Source: Paludibacteraceae bacterium | GTDB taxonomy: Bacteria; Bacteroidota; Bacteroidia; Bacteroidales; Paludibacteraceae | DNA length: 64,000 bases | Reading direction: 5' to 3' | Assembly (NCBI GenBank): GCA_024689005.1 | Contig: JAILDU010000093.1 | Location: forward strand, 649 to 64,648 | Part shown: piece after piece, positions 60,947 to 64,000 of the stretch | How the letters are laid out: each line of letters begins with the position of its first letter | How positions within the stretch are numbered: the stretch's first letter is position 1 | Made by a program: the position numbers and the translations under genes | Notes under the pieces: model-generated | Database searches by the model: none | What the model was told of the DNA's origin: nothing | Seen by the model: the letters and a program-made list of their open reading frames with translations, nothing else

Positions 60947-61001
60947 ACCATAGGATAACCATAGGATAACCATAGAATAACCATAGGATAACCATAGGAT
61001 A
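60947..61001. repeat. Five tandem 11-bp units (ACCATAGGATA)
   Basis: Units are accataggata x2, accatagaata, accataggata x2, contiguous. This is the only array with no CpG in its unit. Confidence 0.95.
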
Positions 61002-61168
61002 AAGCCACCTTTCCCGTACTCTGTCTTCTGTCTCTCGCGTTATCTACTATATATACTTTGTATATATACTTTTTTCACAATGTCTTGTGGAAACGAATCG
61101 GACTAAAACCGCCCAAATATCCCGATAATCACACCTTTGTACTTTTTTTACAAAAAAATCAAGAAATA

Positions 61169-61200
61169 TTTGGTCATGTCAAAAAAAAGTAGTAATTTTG
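61169..61200 (+). promoter_or_regulatory. Bacteroidota -33/-7 promoter of the rplM-rpsI(-rpsB-tsf) cluster
   Basis: TTTG (61169-61172), a 20-nt spacer with an A8 tract, then TAATTTTG (61193-61200). Confidence 0.75.
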
Positions 61201-61357
61201 CAGGCTTTTTCGCGTGAACGTGTATAATGTACATGCGGAAAGGCGCATTTAACAATAATTATTAATCGTAAGATCGGGCGGTGGATAACGTGGGTTTTTT
61301 CCGTAAAACGAAAGTCGTAAAGGATGTCCGTCGGTCTTATCAAAACTAACAAAATTA

Positions 61358-61813
61358 ATGGAATACAATTCTTACAAGACAGCGTCTTTCAACAAGGCTA
61401 CCGCTAAGAAAGAGTGGGTGGTTATTGACGCTGAGGGCCAGATTCTTGGTCGTATGTGCTCCAAAGTAGCTAAACTGCTGCGCGGTAAGTACAAACCGTC
61501 TTACACTCCTAACGTGGATTGTGGAGACAACGTAATCATCATCAATGCTGCTAAGGTTCAGTTGACCGGTAACAAGTGGAACGATCGCGTTTATGTTCGT
61601 TACACCGGCTTCCCGGGTGGACAACGTGAGTTCACACCGGCTGACCTCATGAAGAAGGGCGCTGACAAACTCGTTCGCCGCGTGGTAAAGGGTATGCTGC
61701 CTAAGAACCGTCTGGGTGCTCGTCAGATTACCAATCTGTACATCTTTGATGGCGCTGAGCACAATATGCAGGCTCAACAACCGAAACAAATTGATATCAA
61801 CATCCTCAAATAA
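61358..61813 (+). CDS. rplM: 50S ribosomal protein L13
   Basis: ...WVVIDAEGQILGRMCSKVAKLLRGKYKPSYTPNVDCGDNVIIINA... Confidence 0.97.
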   Translation: MEYNSYKTASFNKATAKKEWVVIDAEGQILGRMCSKVAKLLRGKYKPSYTPNVDCGDNVIIINAAKVQLTGNKWNDRVYVRYTGFPGGQREFTPADLMKKGADKLVRRVVKGMLPKNRLGARQITNLYIFDGAEHNMQAQQPKQIDINILK

Positions 61814-61824
61814 AATAGAAGAAA

Positions 61825-62211
61825 ATGGAAACAGTTAATGCATTAGGTCGTCGTAAAGAGGCAGTTGCCCGCGTTTACGTTAATGAAGGTGCCGGCAAGA
61901 TCACGATCAACGGTCGTGACATCGAGAGCTACTTCCCATCTTCTATTCTTCGTTACATCGTTCTCCAACCGCTGAACAAACTCAGCGTGGCTGAGAAATA
62001 TGATATCAAGGCTAATCTTGACGGTGGTGGATTCAAGGGACAGGCTGAGGCTCTCCGTCTCGCTATCGCTCGCGCACTCGTTAAGATCAATCCTGAGGAT
62101 AAGGTCGCTCTGAAGGCAGAAGGCTTCATGACTCGTGACGCTCGCGAAGTTGAGCGTAAGAAACCGGGTCAGCCGAAGGCTCGTAAGCACTTCCAATTCA
62201 GCAAGCGTTAA
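61825..62211 (+). CDS. rpsI: 30S ribosomal protein S9
   Basis: ...GRRKEAVARVYV...GGGFKGQAEALRLAIARAL...KKPGQPKARKHFQFSKR. Confidence 0.97.
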   Translation: METVNALGRRKEAVARVYVNEGAGKITINGRDIESYFPSSILRYIVLQPLNKLSVAEKYDIKANLDGGGFKGQAEALRLAIARALVKINPEDKVALKAEGFMTRDAREVERKKPGQPKARKHFQFSKR

Positions 62212-62223
62212 TCTTTGCTACAA

Positions 62224-62272
62224 CTCCAAACCGTGTGGATTCCTTCGGGACTACCACATGGTTGTTTTGGAG
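62224..62272 (+). other. Long imperfect stem-loop capped by a UUCG-containing apical hairpin, between rpsI and rpsB
   Basis: ctccaaa+ccgtgtgg pairs with ccacatgg+(ttgt bulge)+tttggag. The apical sequence is tcc-ttcg-gga. No U-tract follows. Confidence 0.5.
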
Positions 62273-62386
62273 ACTCAAACGCTTATGCGTGCGCGTGTTC
62301 TTAATAATGTACTATGCGCGTGAAAGAGTGCTCCAAAATACACGGATATTAATAAACATTACACAATCAACATTACACATTACAAA

Positions 62387-63220
62387 ATGAGAACTAATTT
62401 TGATCAACTTCTCGAGGCTGGCTGCCACTTCGGCCACCTCAAACGCAAATGGAATCCGGCTATGGCTCCTTAAATCTACATGGAGCGCAACGGTATTCAC
62501 ATCTTTGACCTCAACAAGACTGCAGTTAAGATTGACGAGGCTGCTGAGGCTCTGAAGAACCTGGCTCGTAGCGGCCGCAAGATCCTCTTCGTTGGTACCA
62601 AAAAGCAGGCTCAAGAAGTCGTTGCTGCTCGTGCTCAAGAGGTTAGCATGCCGTACATCACCGAGCGTTGGGCTGGTGGTATGCTCACCAACTTCCCTAC
62701 TATCCGCAAGGCTGTTAAGAAAATGGGTCAGATCGACAAGATGACTACTGATGGTACTCTCGACAACGTTTCTAAGCGTGAGAAACTCCAGATCAGCCGT
62801 CAGCGTGAGAAACTCGAGAAGAACCTCGGATCTATCGCAGATATGACCCGCCTCCCGAGCGCTATCTTCGTTGTTGACGTACTCAAAGAGAAGATCGCTG
62901 TTGCAGAGGCTAACCGTCTCGGTATCCCTGTTTTCGGTATCGTTGATACTAACAGCAATCCTAACAATATCGATTTCGTTATTCCGGCTAACGATGACGC
63001 TACCAAGTCTATCGATACTATCCTTGCTGCTGTTTGCGAGGCTATCAAAGAGGGTCTCGAGGAGCGTAAGGTAGAGAAGGCTGACGAGAACGCTGCTGAG
63101 GCTCAGGCTAACGACGAGGCTCCGGCACCAAAAGAGCGCCGTCAACGTATCCGCAAAGCTGCTCCGGCTGACAAAAAAGCTGAGAAAGTAGCTGAGGCTA
63201 AAGAAGAAGCTGCTGAGTAA
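62387..63220 (+). CDS. rpsB: 30S ribosomal protein S2, interrupted by an in-frame TAA at 62471-62473
   Basis: From the ATG at 62387 the frame reads [41 protein letters not shown]..., which is the conserved S2 N-terminus. The stop replaces the expected Tyr. The ORF track only shows 62480-63220. Confidence 0.85.
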
Positions 63221-63252
63221 TCACAATCGACAATTGATAATAGAGAATTATT

Positions 63253-64000
63253 ATGGCAATATCATTAGCAGATATTAAGAAACTGCGCGACATCACCGGC
63301 GCAGGTATGATGGATGTTAAGAAGGCCCTGGAAGAGGCTAACGGCGACTTCGAGGTAGCCAAGGACTTGCTCCGCAAGCGCGGACAGGCTATCGCTGCTA
63401 AACGTAGCGACCGTGAGGCTTCCGAAGGATGCGTACTCGCTAAGGCTAACGGTGGCTTCGGCGCTATCGTAGGCGTTAAGTGCGAGACCGAGTTCGTGGC
63501 TAAGAACGAAGACTTTGTCGGCATGGTTAAGCAGATCTTGGACGCAGCTATCGAGAACAAAATCAAGAGCGCTGACGAACTCAAGAATATGAAGATCGGT
63601 AACTTCACCGTTACTGAGATCATCACAGAGCGTTCAGGCGTAACTGGTGAGAAAATGGAACTCGCTGACTACGCTTGCCTCGAGGCTCCGGTAGTGGACG
63701 CTTACAACCACCTCGGCAATAAACTCAGCTCACTCGTTGCTGCTGAAGCCGGCGCTGACCAAGAGACCGTTCACGGCATCTCTATGCAGGTGGCTGCTAT
63801 GGCTCCTATCGCTCTCGATGCTGACCACGTTGCTGAAGACGTTAAGAAGCACGAGCTCGAAGTAGCTATCGAGAAGACCAAACAAGACGAGATCAACAAG
63901 GCTGTTGAGAACGCTATCCGCAAAGCTGGTATCAACCCGGCTCACGTTGACAGCGAAGATCATATTGAGTCTAACCAGGCTAAGGGTTGGATCACCGCTG
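63253..64000 (+). CDS. tsf: Translation elongation factor Ts (3' end lies outside the window; absent from the ORF track)
   Basis: The hand translation is MAISLADIKKLRDITGAGMMDVKKALEEANGDFEVAKDLLRKRGQAIAAKRSDREASEG... The frame stays open to the window edge. Confidence 0.93.
   Translation, partial: MAISLADIKKLRDITGAGMMDVKKALEEANGDFEVAKDLLRKRGQAIAAKRSDREASEGCVLAKANGGFGAIVGVKCETEFVAKNEDFVGMVKQILDAAIENKIKSADELKNMKIGNFTVTEIITERSGVTGEKMELADYACLEAPVVDAYNHLGNKLSSLVAAEAGADQETVHGISMQVAAMAPIALDADHVAEDVKKHELEVAIEKTKQDEINKAVENAIRKAGINPAHVDSEDHIESNQAKGWITA

Noticed and set aside
62480-63220. The ORF-track start at M62480 as the genuine rpsB start.
   Set aside because: The 31 codons upstream, in the same frame, encode the conserved S2 N-terminus and are separated only by one TAA. 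A truncated S2 lacking GxHFGH is unlikely to be the native product.

Overview
This is a chromosomal window from a Bacteroidota genome, probably Bacteroidales or Prevotella-like. The evidence is a SusC/SusD pair, TTTG-N20-TAnnTTTG promoters, no Shine-Dalgarno sites and T9SS C-terminal domains. I saw no rRNA, tRNA, CRISPR, integrase or transposase.

Content:
- The tail of a PUL.
- Housekeeping genes: waaA, hisS, lepA, rlmH, grpE-dnaJ, lptB, xth, mlaEF-like, coaE, trkAH, dxs, valS, rplM-rpsI-rpsB-tsf.
- A large low-GC lipooligosaccharide/heptose glycosylation cluster at about 14.3-37.3 kb. It is arranged as two convergent gene strings that meet at 30253-30258.

Most interesting observations:
1. 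A signal-peptide-bearing protein (57706-58482, minus strand) is a diverged copy of EF-Tu domains II+III and has no GTPase domain.
2. At least eight intergenic tandem arrays have different unit sequences but all keep a strict 11-bp register, usually with one CpG per unit. They sit upstream of near-identical promoters. Patches of the same array sequence, including exact 20-26-mers, lie inside the intact coding sequences of a GT9 glycosyltransferase and of valS.
3. rpsB carries an in-frame TAA at a conserved Tyr codon.
4. Three secreted proteins share a short C-terminal 'NGQL' tail.
5. One ORF fuses an LPS-kinase domain to a GT2 domain.
6. An MBOAT protein carries a ~125-aa Lys-rich insertion.
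7. Two genes are missing from the ORF track: a Pmp3/YqaE-like small ORF and the 3'-open tsf.

All functional calls rest on motif recognition by eye. No database search was run.
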